64,000 bases of DNA from Patescibacteria group bacterium UBA4664 (lineage in GTDB: Bacteria > Patescibacteriota > Saccharimonadia > CAILAD01 > BJGX01). Below, in pieces: positions 40,252 to 49,304 of this stretch (its first letter is position 1; each line of letters opens with the position of its first letter). The notes below the pieces were generated by a model, which saw only the letters and a list, made by a program, of their open reading frames with translations, made no database searches and was not told the origin of the DNA. A program made the position numbers and the translations under genes. The DNA lies in NCBI GenBank assembly GCA_943354575.1, contig CALRCL010000001.1, positions 2,934 to 66,933 of the forward strand, given 5' to 3'.

Positions 40252-40430
40252 ATTCCTATTATAGCCCTTTTGTATCTGTTGATGTATAATAATTAGTAAT
40301 AGAGTTCAAGCTGTAACCAAGTCAGGTGATAGACTAAACTCTTGTACCAATTCACGCAACGCATAATCGTCAACTAACTCAATAGATTTAGTTAGAAGTA
40401 TGTCAACTGCGTAGCACCAAAAAAATATAA

Positions 40431-40507
<77 letters not shown>

Positions 40508-40514
40508 TAATAAC

Positions 40515-40541
40515 AGTCCTGCTTGTGCAGGGCTTTTATTA
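40515..40541 (+). terminator. hairpin type T2' (CCTGC-TTGT-GCAGG + T-run) directly after tRNA-Val
   Basis: Near-identical to hairpin T2 at 27451-27468 except for loop nucleotides. Followed by CTTTTATTAT. Confidence 0.5.
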
Positions 40542-40655
40542 TGTTTGAGTGGGCTCGAACACAGGGTTCGGTGTACGAGGAGCGCAGATGTAAATATCAA
40601 GCTTACTTGAATATTTACCGAGCACCGCAGGAAGAAGTCCGCCAGTGGCGGACGC
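40541..40655 (+). repeat. ~115-bp structured repeat element, copy B
   Basis: About 90% identical to the reverse complement of 27496-27609. Same two hairpins, with differing loops (CTTA vs TCA; AGT vs GC). Confidence 0.6.
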
Positions 40656-40659
40656 TATA

Positions 40660-40674
40660 CCTCATCACCCACCA
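40660..40674 (+). repeat. 15-nt duplicate of the tRNA-Val 3' end (CCTCATCACCCACCA)
   Basis: Exact copy of the last 15 nt of the tRNA-Val found 153 bp upstream, directly after repeat copy B. Confidence 0.6.
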
Positions 40675-40683
40675 ATAAAAATA

Positions 40684-40703
40684 CCCCCGCCAGGGGGGTT
40701 TTT
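40684..40703 (+). terminator. hairpin type T1' (CCCCC-GCCA-GGGGG + TTTTT)
   Basis: GC-rich stem followed by a T-run. Homologous to the T1 hairpin beside tRNA-Leu. Confidence 0.5.
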
Positions 40704-40825
40704 ATTGGCAGATGTGTCTCGAACCCAGGATTCGGTCAAAATATTTTACTCGCTTATGCTTATTGATGTATAATTATAGAATGTATTATTATTAATTATA
40801 TGTCGTTAAATAGAAAGATGGTCGA

Positions 40826-42658
40826 ATGCCAAAATCTAAAAGCTCAAAACCTAAAATGAAAAAAACCTACAAAAAAAGTCGAAAAAATCTTAGCCTAAAG
40901 AGCCCTATTGTATTGGTATTCTTGACGGTCGTAGTTGCACTAGGCATTTTAATTGTATATACCAGCCTCGCTGCGGCTATCGTGGGGCGAGTCGAAGGCG
41001 AATCACTAACGGGTTCTGGCGTAGTCACGGGAGATGTCTTGGCCAGTGGCGGTAATACCCTAAAACTAACCTCTAACACTTCGGCTACAGGCACCATAAC
41101 TACTACCGCAAATGCAACTACAGTTGTCATTAGAGCAAAAGGAACTCAATGCAAGGGCGCGCCACAGGCCAATGTGACTATCGACGGCAAAACGGCTTTA
41201 CTCGCTAGCGTTTCTGGTACAACGCTCGGAAATTATACCGCCAACTATGCTGTCGCCAAAGGTAGCCACAGCATTAAGGTTACCCTAACTAATCCCTATA
41301 GCTACAACAGGCGGGGCTCAAAATACGACTGTACTCGAGCGCTTTATATCGATAATATACAGCTACAGGACACCACGCCTATTGCAACTACTGCCGACAC
41401 CACTGCACCAAGTATTGCGATATCATCACCGTCGAGTACTAGCACTGCTTCAGGTATAGTGGCTGTCAAGGCCAATGCTACAGACAATACTGCAGTATCT
41501 AAGGTCGATTTTTATCTTGATGGCGCCATGCAGTCCAGCGTAACCGCATCCCCGTACAACTGGGCTTGGAATACAAATACCACGAGCAGCACCTCCCACA
41601 CCTTGACTGCTAAGGCCTACGACCTAGCGGGTAATTCCCAGACTAGTTCTGGTGTTGTAGTTGGTGTTAATAATAGCACCGCTTCTGGAAGCACTTGGGG
41701 CGATCATATGGGAGTAAATATTTGGCCAACGAAATCAAACATCGACAGGGTTAAGGCTACTGGCATGAAGTGGGTCAGGATATCTTGGGAGCTCGGCTGG
41801 GGCCCAACAGCAAGCGGAGAGGATGTTGCTGCCAATGTCGCATATGCGCACTCGAAAGGCATAAAAGTACTTCAGTCTTGCCAAAAAACGCCGCATAGCT
41901 ATAGCTCGGCAGATGTTACGTCTTTTGCTAACTACTGCGCTAGCTGGGTAGATAAAGGTGCCGATGCCATAGAAATCGGAAATGAGTGGAACCACGCTCC
42001 TTTCTGGGGCTCGTGGCCAAATGGCAACTACGCTCTGCAAGCACAGATTTCTGATGCCACCAGTACGGCTATTAGGGCAAAATCTGCAACAATGCCAATC
42101 ATGAACTCTGGCTGGTCGCCCGAGAACCAAGACCTTCACCCCTACGATATACCCCAGCAAGCCATGGCAAGGTTGCTCGATGCATCTGGCACATTTAAGA
42201 CCGATGGCAATATCATAGCGACGCACCCATACGCTTATAACTGTAATAGCCCTCTTTCTTGCTCCTACCCTACCCGTAAAGATTATAATGCCTTTTTGGC
42301 GACGGCCGACGTTTATCAGGCCGCCAAAACCAGAGGCTACGACCGATCCGTATGGATGACAGAAATAGGTGGGCCCTCGGGCGGCATAAACCCAGCAACT
42401 GGTGTGTGCTTCAAAAATCTATACACTGGAGCATGTTTTACGACAGACACCCAAAGGCAGCTGTTTGCGGACTACATCGCAGGGGCTAAAACTCTTAGAA
42501 TCGGCGGAACGCCAGTCGAGCTTCTTTTTTGGTCGTCTCTAGTAGATGGTGCTAGCGCCACAAATGCACTTGAGAAAACAGCTGGACTTTACTATAGCAA
42601 CTGGACTATTAAGCCTGCTGGACAGGTCGTTGTTGATCAGGCTACTCAACCCTGGTAA
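40826..42658 (+). CDS. secreted/anchored protein with Ig-like (Big) domains and a clan GH-A (GH5-like) glycoside hydrolase-type TIM-barrel domain
   Basis: Basic N-terminus plus TM/signal, Thr-rich Big-like repeats (VKANATDNTAVSKVDFYLDG), then GMKWVRISW, KGIKVLQS, IEIGNEWN, which resemble the GH5 GxNxVRIP / ILDxH / ExxNEP blocks. Confidence 0.4.
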   Translation: MPKSKSSKPKMKKTYKKSRKNLSLKSPIVLVFLTVVVALGILIVYTSLAAAIVGRVEGESLTGSGVVTGDVLASGGNTLKLTSNTSATGTITTTANATTVVIRAKGTQCKGAPQANVTIDGKTALLASVSGTTLGNYTANYAVAKGSHSIKVTLTNPYSYNRRGSKYDCTRALYIDNIQLQDTTPIATTADTTAPSIAISSPSSTSTASGIVAVKANATDNTAVSKVDFYLDGAMQSSVTASPYNWAWNTNTTSSTSHTLTAKAYDLAGNSQTSSGVVVGVNNSTASGSTWGDHMGVNIWPTKSNIDRVKATGMKWVRISWELGWGPTASGEDVAANVAYAHSKGIKVLQSCQKTPHSYSSADVTSFANYCASWVDKGADAIEIGNEWNHAPFWGSWPNGNYALQAQISDATSTAIRAKSATMPIMNSGWSPENQDLHPYDIPQQAMARLLDASGTFKTDGNIIATHPYAYNCNSPLSCSYPTRKDYNAFLATADVYQAAKTRGYDRSVWMTEIGGPSGGINPATGVCFKNLYTGACFTTDTQRQLFADYIAGAKTLRIGGTPVELLFWSSLVDGASATNALEKTAGLYYSNWTIKPAGQVVVDQATQPW

Positions 42659-42710
42659 ATAAAAACCGACTTGATACAAAAGTACCAGGTCGGTTAAATA
42701 AATTTTGAGC

Positions 42711-43247
42711 CTAAGCTCCCTTAATGCTGATTAGCGTTTGCTTGATGCAGTTAGCTAGCTCCACTACGCTGCGCTCGATGGTACCTAGTGAGGACCTTTT
42801 TTCTAGCTCATGAGCAACTACTAAATTGGGTTTGACGTCCTCGGCTTTTAATTGCTTACGGACCCGGGCCAGTGTGTCTTTGAGACTACTGGCAGCACCC
42901 ATCAAAACCCTATTTTCGTTCTGCGCTTGAGATAGTTCTTTTTTTAGATCAGCTACGACCTGATTACTCGATACCTTTAGGTCATCTATCTCGGTCTGGA
43001 TTGATGCTAGGGTTTCATTAAAAGCACTGAGGAGCGGGCTATCGCCATCTGTAATGAGTTTGTATGCTACTTCGCAAATCATATACTCGGCTATGATATC
43101 GAATTTTTCCTGGCCTAGAATCTCTAGCATCTGGGCTAGTATATCTTGGGCGGCTTCTTTCTGAGCTTCAATAGCAATATCAATTAAGATCATATCTTTT
43201 AGCGGCCACAAGCCATTTGTGTTCTGAGCGGTACTCTTTATCAACAT
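42711..43247 (-). CDS. hypothetical coiled-coil protein (start uncertain)
   Basis: ORF track gives 42711..43397, but that would run through the folD promoter/start. The internal Met (MLIKS...) at 43247 is preceded by a GGGGG stretch. No family motif. Confidence 0.3.
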   Translation of the reverse strand: MLIKSTAQNTNGLWPLKDMILIDIAIEAQKEAAQDILAQMLEILGQEKFDIIAEYMICEVAYKLITDGDSPLLSAFNETLASIQTEIDDLKVSSNQVVADLKKELSQAQNENRVLMGAASSLKDTLARVRKQLKAEDVKPNLVVAHELEKRSSLGTIERSVVELANCIKQTLISIKGA

Positions 43248-43341
43248 TCCCCCCGGGATTATTATGTGGATGTAGTGTATCAATTTATACCATAGCGAGT
43301 ATATACTGTCAATCGTGCTAAATTTTGTTACAATACTATTC

Positions 43342-44181
43342 ATGGCAAAAATAATTGATGGCAACAAAATAGCCCAAACCATTCTGGACGAAATCAAGCT
43401 AGAAGTAGATGGCTTGAAACTTACCGGAAAAGTCCCTAAGCTCGTAATTGTTAGCTACAACCCTAGCCTAGCTTCAAAGACCTACATAGGCCTGAAACTT
43501 GCTAGGGCCAAGGAGCTCGGTATAGCATGCGAAGCTCTAGATTTGACTGGCCAAAGCTTAGATGTCTGCATGTCGGCTATGGCTGCCCTGTCAGGCAAGC
43601 AGGATGTTGATGGTATTATCGTTCAGCTCCCCACTCGTGGCCTAGAGGGTTATCAAGAGCTACTCAATGCCATACCCGCTAGCAAGGATGTCGATGGGCT
43701 CAGTGATGAGTCGCTAGAGTTGCTTCGTGCAAACTCAGCCAAACTCATCCCTGCTACGCCACGGGCCATTTTAGAACTCATGGCGCGCTCCCAGAAAGAT
43801 TTGCAAGGCAAAAGTATTGTTATTATTGGCCGGGGCAAATTGGTCGGCCTACCGCTATCGATAATTATGAAAAATAAAAATCTTGATGTTGTCGGAATCG
43901 ATATAAATACAACCAACGCCAGTCAGGTAATAAAATCTGCCGATGTTGTGATTGTTGCAGCCGGACAGGCAGACTTAGTAACCGGCACAATGATAAAAGC
44001 TGGGTCAATAGTGCTAGATGCCGGAACTTCTGAACAAAATGGGCAATTAAGTGGTGATGTAGAGTATGCTAGCGTTGAACCCGTCGCTTCGATGGTATCT
44101 AAGGTACCCGGCGGTATTGGCCCTGTTACGGTGGCCTGCTTACTTCAAAATGTGGTTGAGGCATCAAAAAACTCACAATAA
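43342..44181 (+). CDS. folD: bifunctional methylenetetrahydrofolate dehydrogenase/cyclohydrolase
   Basis: MAKIIDGNKIAQTILDEIK... and GRGKLVGLPLS Rossmann region. ORF-track start is a GTG, the ATG at 43342 is preferred. Confidence 0.9.
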   Translation: MAKIIDGNKIAQTILDEIKLEVDGLKLTGKVPKLVIVSYNPSLASKTYIGLKLARAKELGIACEALDLTGQSLDVCMSAMAALSGKQDVDGIIVQLPTRGLEGYQELLNAIPASKDVDGLSDESLELLRANSAKLIPATPRAILELMARSQKDLQGKSIVIIGRGKLVGLPLSIIMKNKNLDVVGIDINTTNASQVIKSADVVIVAAGQADLVTGTMIKAGSIVLDAGTSEQNGQLSGDVEYASVEPVASMVSKVPGGIGPVTVACLLQNVVEASKNSQ

Positions 44182-44202
44182 ATAATTACTGTGAGTTTTT
44201 TA
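44171..44202 (+). terminator. folD terminator
   Basis: ACTCACA-(12-nt loop)-TGTGAGT followed by TTTTTT. Confidence 0.45.
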
Positions 44203-44210
44203 TTCTTATT

Positions 44211-44301
44211 TGGTGCCGCGAAGAAGACTCGAACTTCCACGCCTGATATATTAGGCACTAGCCCCTCAAGCTAGCGTGTCTACCAATTCCACCACCGCGG
44301 C
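44211..44301 (-). tRNA. tRNA-Leu (anticodon GAG)
   Basis: Manual fold: acceptor GCCGCGG/TCGCGGC, D-arm GTGG-AATTGGTAG-ACAC, anticodon stem CTAGC/GCTAG with loop TTGAGGG, long variable arm, T-arm GGAAG-TTCGAGT-CTTCT, CCA. Confidence 0.85.
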
Positions 44302-44397
44302 ATAAACAAATTAAGTTCTCATTAGCTCCCCACTTTAGATGGAGGGGCTAGCAACAACCTGAGTATTATATAATAAATACCTAGTCTTGATAAGCCT

Positions 44398-46047
44398 CTA
44401 ATGAAAAGACGATAGCCCCGGAAGATGTTCTAGGAGGTTCTTCATCGAGTACTCTTTGCGCAAGTGCACCATGCCATACTCCTTGGTTGAGCCTAGTTTG
44501 CTTCTGGGATTAAGCAGGTTGTTTGGGTCGAACAGCTTTTTGACTTGTTTGAAGAGCCCATATGTTTCTGGGCCATACATTTGGCGCAAGTAAGATCCTC
44601 TCATAATGCCGTCGTTGTGCTCGCCAGATATACTCCCGCCTAAGCTCAAGACCATCTTATAAAATTCATCACTAAGGGCGTAGACCTTATGCCGATCCCG
44701 GATATTGCCGAGGTCCATAAATGGCTGAATATGCAAATGCCCGTTGCCTGCGTGCCCCCAAATTGCATCCTTAACCTTATACTTGTCTAAAATAACGTAG
44801 GCTTTCTCTACGAAATCTTCGAACCTATCTAGTGGCACAACTCCGTCTTCGATAATCGGTAGGGCTTTTTTGGGGCCTTGTTGGGTCCATATCAGAGCTG
44901 CCGCTTGGCGGCGAATCTTCCACAGCTGATCTTGCTCGAGCTTATTTGAACTAATTTTTTGCTGGTAGGCGTATTTTTGTAAAATTGTGTTAGCTCGTTC
45001 GGCACTTTTGGCCTGCACTTTTGGCTTGATATCATCAAACTCAACTAGCAAAACAAACTTTGGCATTTGCTCGGGTAAGAGGTTTTTGATCATCTCGGGG
45101 TGCTTTTCTAAAACAAACTTCAGCACATTGTCATCGACTAGCTCCTGAGCACTCGGTGCCAACGGGGATATTTCAAAAACTGCCTGCTGCAGCTTTTTGA
45201 TGCTATCAAAATATCCTACCAAAAGAGTGGTTTTAGAATTGTAGGCCACATGAATAAGCTTTGCCTCGGTAATAATCCCCAGGGTGCTTTGAGACCCGAC
45301 AAAGAGCTGCGAGAGGTCAAAGCTACCATCTTTACGCTTGATATCCCACAAATCATAGCCGGCTGAGTTTTTAGATGTCTTGGGTCTGCTCGCTTCAATA
45401 AGCTGCTTGTTGTTTTCAAGCAAATCATCGAGCTCGCGATAAATTTGCCCTTCTAGGTCTTGGAGCTTTTTTTTCTGTTTAAGCTCTTTTTTGTTGATAC
45501 GACCAGTCTCGATGACATCGCCGTTATACAAAACTACCCTTAGCGAATCGACGTATTTGCGAGTTGCTCCATACTTGAGGGTTTTTTCGCCAGACGAATT
45601 ATTAGCGATGGCCCCGCCGATACTACAAAAATCCATACTGGCAGGGTAGGGCGGCAAAAAACGGCCGTGACTATTGAGTACATCTTCGAGGTTAGAGTAG
45701 ATCATACCGGGCTGCACCGTAACGGTTTGGGTGTCGATTGCAAGCAGCTTCCGCATATGAGCCGGAAAGACAATGCTGATTCCCTCTGATAGCGAGCCAC
45801 CTCCTTGGTCGGTTCCCTTGCCCCGGGCCGTAACTGTCAGGGCTCGATTGCTATCGAGCAAATTATAATTAAACCTTAAGGTCTCAATTACGTCTTTTTC
45901 ATTGCGCGGATAAACCACCACCCTCGGTGTAACCTTAAAAATACCGCCATCTGTCGAGAAGTAGTCTCTGGTTTGGGTATCGATTGCGACCTCGCCATCG
46001 AGTTTTTCTTTTAAATCTTTAAGTATATTGCCCATACCTAATAGCAT
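44398..46047 (-). CDS. FAD-linked oxidase (GlcD/D-lactate dehydrogenase family)
   Basis: FAD-binding PCMH-type domain (GGAIANNSSGEKTLKYGATRKYV) and C-terminal FAD-oxidase domain. Confidence 0.7.
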   Translation of the reverse strand: MLLGMGNILKDLKEKLDGEVAIDTQTRDYFSTDGGIFKVTPRVVVYPRNEKDVIETLRFNYNLLDSNRALTVTARGKGTDQGGGSLSEGISIVFPAHMRKLLAIDTQTVTVQPGMIYSNLEDVLNSHGRFLPPYPASMDFCSIGGAIANNSSGEKTLKYGATRKYVDSLRVVLYNGDVIETGRINKKELKQKKKLQDLEGQIYRELDDLLENNKQLIEASRPKTSKNSAGYDLWDIKRKDGSFDLSQLFVGSQSTLGIITEAKLIHVAYNSKTTLLVGYFDSIKKLQQAVFEISPLAPSAQELVDDNVLKFVLEKHPEMIKNLLPEQMPKFVLLVEFDDIKPKVQAKSAERANTILQKYAYQQKISSNKLEQDQLWKIRRQAAALIWTQQGPKKALPIIEDGVVPLDRFEDFVEKAYVILDKYKVKDAIWGHAGNGHLHIQPFMDLGNIRDRHKVYALSDEFYKMVLSLGGSISGEHNDGIMRGSYLRQMYGPETYGLFKQVKKLFDPNNLLNPRSKLGSTKEYGMVHLRKEYSMKNLLEHLPGLSSFH

Positions 46048-46118
46048 AGCAACTTTGGGCGATATTAAAAACCCATTTGACTTATTTTATTAGTCAATTA
46101 GAATAATACATAAGTGTA

Positions 46119-46979
46119 ATGAAGCGACCAATAAAAAAATCAGCCAATAGTAGTGCGTCATTCGGGGCCAGTATGAAAAAAAAGCCTGTCATTATTTCTT
46201 TTTTGAGTTTTTTTATTATAGCTGGTCTGTACTTAGTTTATAGCTCATTTGCCGCCAGCGGGATACCGGTTTTCGGAACCGATCCAGACTTTTGGCGCGA
46301 CAAAATAGGCTACTGTGAGTCTGGTGGACGATATGATAGGATTGGCCCTAGCGGACATACTGGCAAGTACCAGTACGATTCTGGCACTTGGCGTGGCGCA
46401 GTCGGGGCCGAGCTAGCTGCCCAGTACCCTCAGGCCTATCTAGCACCAGGCGACATTCAGGAAATGGCATTTAATAATACCTTTGCGAGGCGTGGAACCC
46501 AACCCTGGAATGCTAGCTATTATTGTTGGATCAAAGGTACCACCTTTGCCCAGGCTAATACTGAACAAGCTGTTGCAGGTATCCCGTCGGCACCGATACT
46601 TCCGGCCAACCCTTTCGGATTGCCATCAGAATCTTACAACGTAATAATCAGCGGAAAAGTTACGCTTAATGACCTTCCGCTTGCAAATGTTAAGATCGAT
46701 ACTTGTATTAGTGGCAAGACAGCCACCACCAACGCCGAGGGTCGGTACAATATTACAATTCCGCTAGATGCAACATTTTGCTTAAGGCCTATAGAAGGTG
46801 TGCCTGCAGGTGCCATACTAACCCGAACCAACAATAATATCGAAACCAACGACAAGCTCACCTACGAAAGCCAAAGGGCTGGTGTTAATGCCTATCACAG
46901 CATCTGGTACCTCTTTAGGGCTGAGTTTAACTGGGATAGACAAAACGATACTGGTTACAACTTTTACTACACCAAGTAG
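46119..46979 (+). CDS. secreted protein with Rpf/transglycosylase-like domain and C-terminal beta-rich domain
   Basis: TM/signal. W..IGYCESGGRY...GKYQYDSGTW...AELAAQ...WN...C matches the resuscitation-promoting-factor lysozyme-like motif series. Start could be the downstream Met at 46173. Confidence 0.45.
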   Translation: MKRPIKKSANSSASFGASMKKKPVIISFLSFFIIAGLYLVYSSFAASGIPVFGTDPDFWRDKIGYCESGGRYDRIGPSGHTGKYQYDSGTWRGAVGAELAAQYPQAYLAPGDIQEMAFNNTFARRGTQPWNASYYCWIKGTTFAQANTEQAVAGIPSAPILPANPFGLPSESYNVIISGKVTLNDLPLANVKIDTCISGKTATTNAEGRYNITIPLDATFCLRPIEGVPAGAILTRTNNNIETNDKLTYESQRAGVNAYHSIWYLFRAEFNWDRQNDTGYNFYYTK

Positions 46980-46985
46980 AGTTTG

Positions 46986-48692
46986 TTATCTAGGTTTTAT
47001 GTACCAATCATAGATATTATAAAAACGGTTGCTAGGCTCGGCAATCTTATTGGCGTCAAAGCCAGCTATGAGCTCGCTCTGGGGGTAATTATAGTACGGG
47101 CTATAAAGCACCACTGCGGGTAAGTCCTTGGCCCACTGCTCTACAAAGGCCGAGTAGCGACTAGCTTTATAGACAGGGTCTTTTGCTAGTCGTCCAGCCT
47201 CCAGGAATTTATCGACATCAGAATTTTTATAAAGCGAGACGTTCAGGCCTGGGTCGCTAATTTGGCTGGAATGCCAAAAGCTGTATACATCCGAATCGAC
47301 ACCCAAGTTTTGCCCGTAAAGCAAAACGTCGTAGTTTCGGCTACGAATATAATTTTGCTGGAGCTCTACTGATCCAGCAGCAATCACCTCAACATTAAGC
47401 CCCAGCTTGCGCCAGCTTTCTGCAAGATAATTAGCGACATTTTTGTAAACCTGATTGTCGAGGGTGACGATCCGTATGCTTTGCTTTGTCGTTACTGGTG
47501 CAGAGAATAGCTCTTTTGCCTTAGCATAATCAAAATCATACTTTGCAGCCAGCGGGTTGAAGCCAGCAAAGCCTGCTGGAATTGGGTAATACGACTGGAC
47601 ACCCTCACCCTTAAGTATGTCTTTGACGATGGCATCTCTGTCGACCGAATAAGCCAAGGCCTGCCTGAGGGCGAGATTGCTAAGCACTGGGGAGCTGAGG
47701 TTAAAGAAAGCCCCAACATATGCGGGGAGGCCGATACGGTGGTTTATAATACCTTCGATCTTTTCTACTGTAGATACGTCGCTAGGCGAAACTTGGGATA
47801 TAGCATCAACCTGCCGGCGTATCAAAGCGTCAACCATTTGGTTTTGCTCCTGAAACAGCTCAATTCTTATTTTTGGTATATATGGCTCATGAATATAATA
47901 TTTTTCATTTGCTACAAGGTCAATAACGGTACTGTCTACTTCTAGCAAGTTGAGCTTATACGGGCCGCTGCCAACCGGTTTTTGATTAAACTCAGAGGAC
48001 CTCATGTTTGACGGGGTAACTATTTCAAGCTTGTGCTTCGGTACTATGCCAAGCGTCGTATTAGACAAAAAATTGCCATATGAAGAAGGCAAATTAAACC
48101 TAATGGTTCTGTCGTCGACTATAGTATATTCAACACCGCTCCAGTTCGGTGCAAAAGTGCTTCTGGTATCGGGGTTCTTTACTCGGTCGATGGTAAAGGC
48201 TATATCTTGAGTTGTCAGTTTTACCCCATCTTGCCAGACTAAGTTCGGTCGAAGAAAAAATGTATAAACCTTTCGGTCGCTACTAATATCCCAACGTTCA
48301 GCTAGATCTGGCATAATTTCGCGCCGGCCATTGATCTTGGTTAATCCACTAAAAACTAAACTTGAAACGTCGGCGCTAGCTGAGCTTTCGGGAAATAGCG
48401 GATTAATGCTTTTAGCCTGGCCCAGTATTGCCTCTCGGTACAACCCTCCCCTAACTGGCTTCTCTATCTGGCTAGAAAGCCCCGAGCCTTGTAGTTGCCA
48501 TATTGTTCCCCATAAAGAAACCATCACAATAAAGATCCATGCCAAAAAAGTCCAGCGAACTTTGCCAAGCTTCTGCCAGGACCCAAAGATATGCCTATTC
48601 AGATAGTTAATAGTCCAGGCCCGCCAGAGTTTTGACTTTCTACTTAGACCTCTAAATTTTCTATGAAAAGTAAATCCAGTATAAGAACTCAT
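46986..48692 (-). CDS. ABC transporter substrate-binding protein, family 5 (peptide/nickel type)
   Basis: N-terminal TM anchor, ~540-aa SBP_bac_5-like architecture (KINGRREIMPDLAERWDIS...). Confidence 0.7.
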   Translation of the reverse strand: MSSYTGFTFHRKFRGLSRKSKLWRAWTINYLNRHIFGSWQKLGKVRWTFLAWIFIVMVSLWGTIWQLQGSGLSSQIEKPVRGGLYREAILGQAKSINPLFPESSASADVSSLVFSGLTKINGRREIMPDLAERWDISSDRKVYTFFLRPNLVWQDGVKLTTQDIAFTIDRVKNPDTRSTFAPNWSGVEYTIVDDRTIRFNLPSSYGNFLSNTTLGIVPKHKLEIVTPSNMRSSEFNQKPVGSGPYKLNLLEVDSTVIDLVANEKYYIHEPYIPKIRIELFQEQNQMVDALIRRQVDAISQVSPSDVSTVEKIEGIINHRIGLPAYVGAFFNLSSPVLSNLALRQALAYSVDRDAIVKDILKGEGVQSYYPIPAGFAGFNPLAAKYDFDYAKAKELFSAPVTTKQSIRIVTLDNQVYKNVANYLAESWRKLGLNVEVIAAGSVELQQNYIRSRNYDVLLYGQNLGVDSDVYSFWHSSQISDPGLNVSLYKNSDVDKFLEAGRLAKDPVYKASRYSAFVEQWAKDLPAVVLYSPYYNYPQSELIAGFDANKIAEPSNRFYNIYDWYIKPR

Positions 48693-48698
48693 TTTATT

Positions 48699-48917
48699 TT
48701 ATTTGATTATTAGAAGCCCTAGTATACAAGCTACAAATGCTACGCCAAGAGCGATAGTGCCATAGAACATAAACTTTTCTGCTCCTCTTTTTGTGCGGTA
48801 AAAATTGGTTTCACCACCAAAAGCAGTTCCTAGCCCTGACCCCTGATTTTGCATCAGTACAGATATAGTGATAAGTACCGAGATTACTATTAGAGCTATT
48901 TGTAAAAATGTTTTCAT
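48699..48917 (-). CDS. secG: preprotein translocase subunit SecG
   Basis: 72 aa, two TM helices, LMQNQGSGLG motif. Confidence 0.75.
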   Translation of the reverse strand: MKTFLQIALIVISVLITISVLMQNQGSGLGTAFGGETNFYRTKRGAEKFMFYGTIALGVAFVACILGLLIIK

Positions 48918-49267
48918 ATTTTGTCTCTATCAATTATAAAGCTCAGTGCGTAGTTAGCAAGCCAAACCACAATAACCGCCACTACCGCCGACACAGCCGA
49001 TGTAACATGAAATGGCTTGTATATAGCACTTGTAATATAGAGCAGCAGGGCGTTAATCACCAAGCTGAAAAAACCAAAAGTTATTACTATAAACGGTAGG
49101 CTCAATATCACCAGTATCGGCCTTAGGACGGCGTTAACAATACCAAATATCAGGCTGGCGATCACCACCACCCACATGCTATCGGCATTGACGCCGCTAA
49201 GCAGTGTTGAAGCCATCAGCAAGCCAATAAAGTTTGCGAGCCATGTAAATAAAAATCTTTTAATCAC
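48914..49267 (-). CDS. 4-TM membrane protein (phage holin family IV / YvlD-like)
   Basis: 117 aa, four TM helices, pattern similar to DUF360/holin-4 proteins. 4-nt overlap with secG. Confidence 0.4.
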   Translation of the reverse strand: MIKRFLFTWLANFIGLLMASTLLSGVNADSMWVVVIASLIFGIVNAVLRPILVILSLPFIVITFGFFSLVINALLLYITSAIYKPFHVTSAVSAVVAVIVVWLANYALSFIIDRDKI

Positions 49268-49304
49268 GGCCTATATTTTAGCATATTAACAGATAAGATG
49301 GTAG

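Larger units (their letters stand above)
28188..40345. mobile_element. ~12.2-kb integrated island (putative integrative mobilisable element) inserted at the tRNA-Gly 3' end
   Basis: Large serine recombinase abuts and overlaps tRNA-Gly. The island is markedly more AT-rich than its flanks. Cargo: Type III RM, DUF3800, HTH regulators, putative Rep/relaxase. ACCAATT is found both at the tRNA-Gly/island junction (28186-28192) and at 40346-40352 (candidate crossover core). The right boundary is inferred. Confidence 0.5.

Noticed and set aside
40550-40570. CGAAC-N5-GTTCG in the repeat core resembling a Cheo/LexA box
   Set aside because: The spacer is 5 nt (4 in the Gram-positive consensus), and copy A has CGATACCCAGGGTTCG, so it is not conserved as a palindrome.
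42711-43397. Full-length 228-aa version of the minus-strand ORF
   Set aside because: The N-terminal 50 codons would run through the folD start and promoter region. The internal Met at 43247 is preferred.
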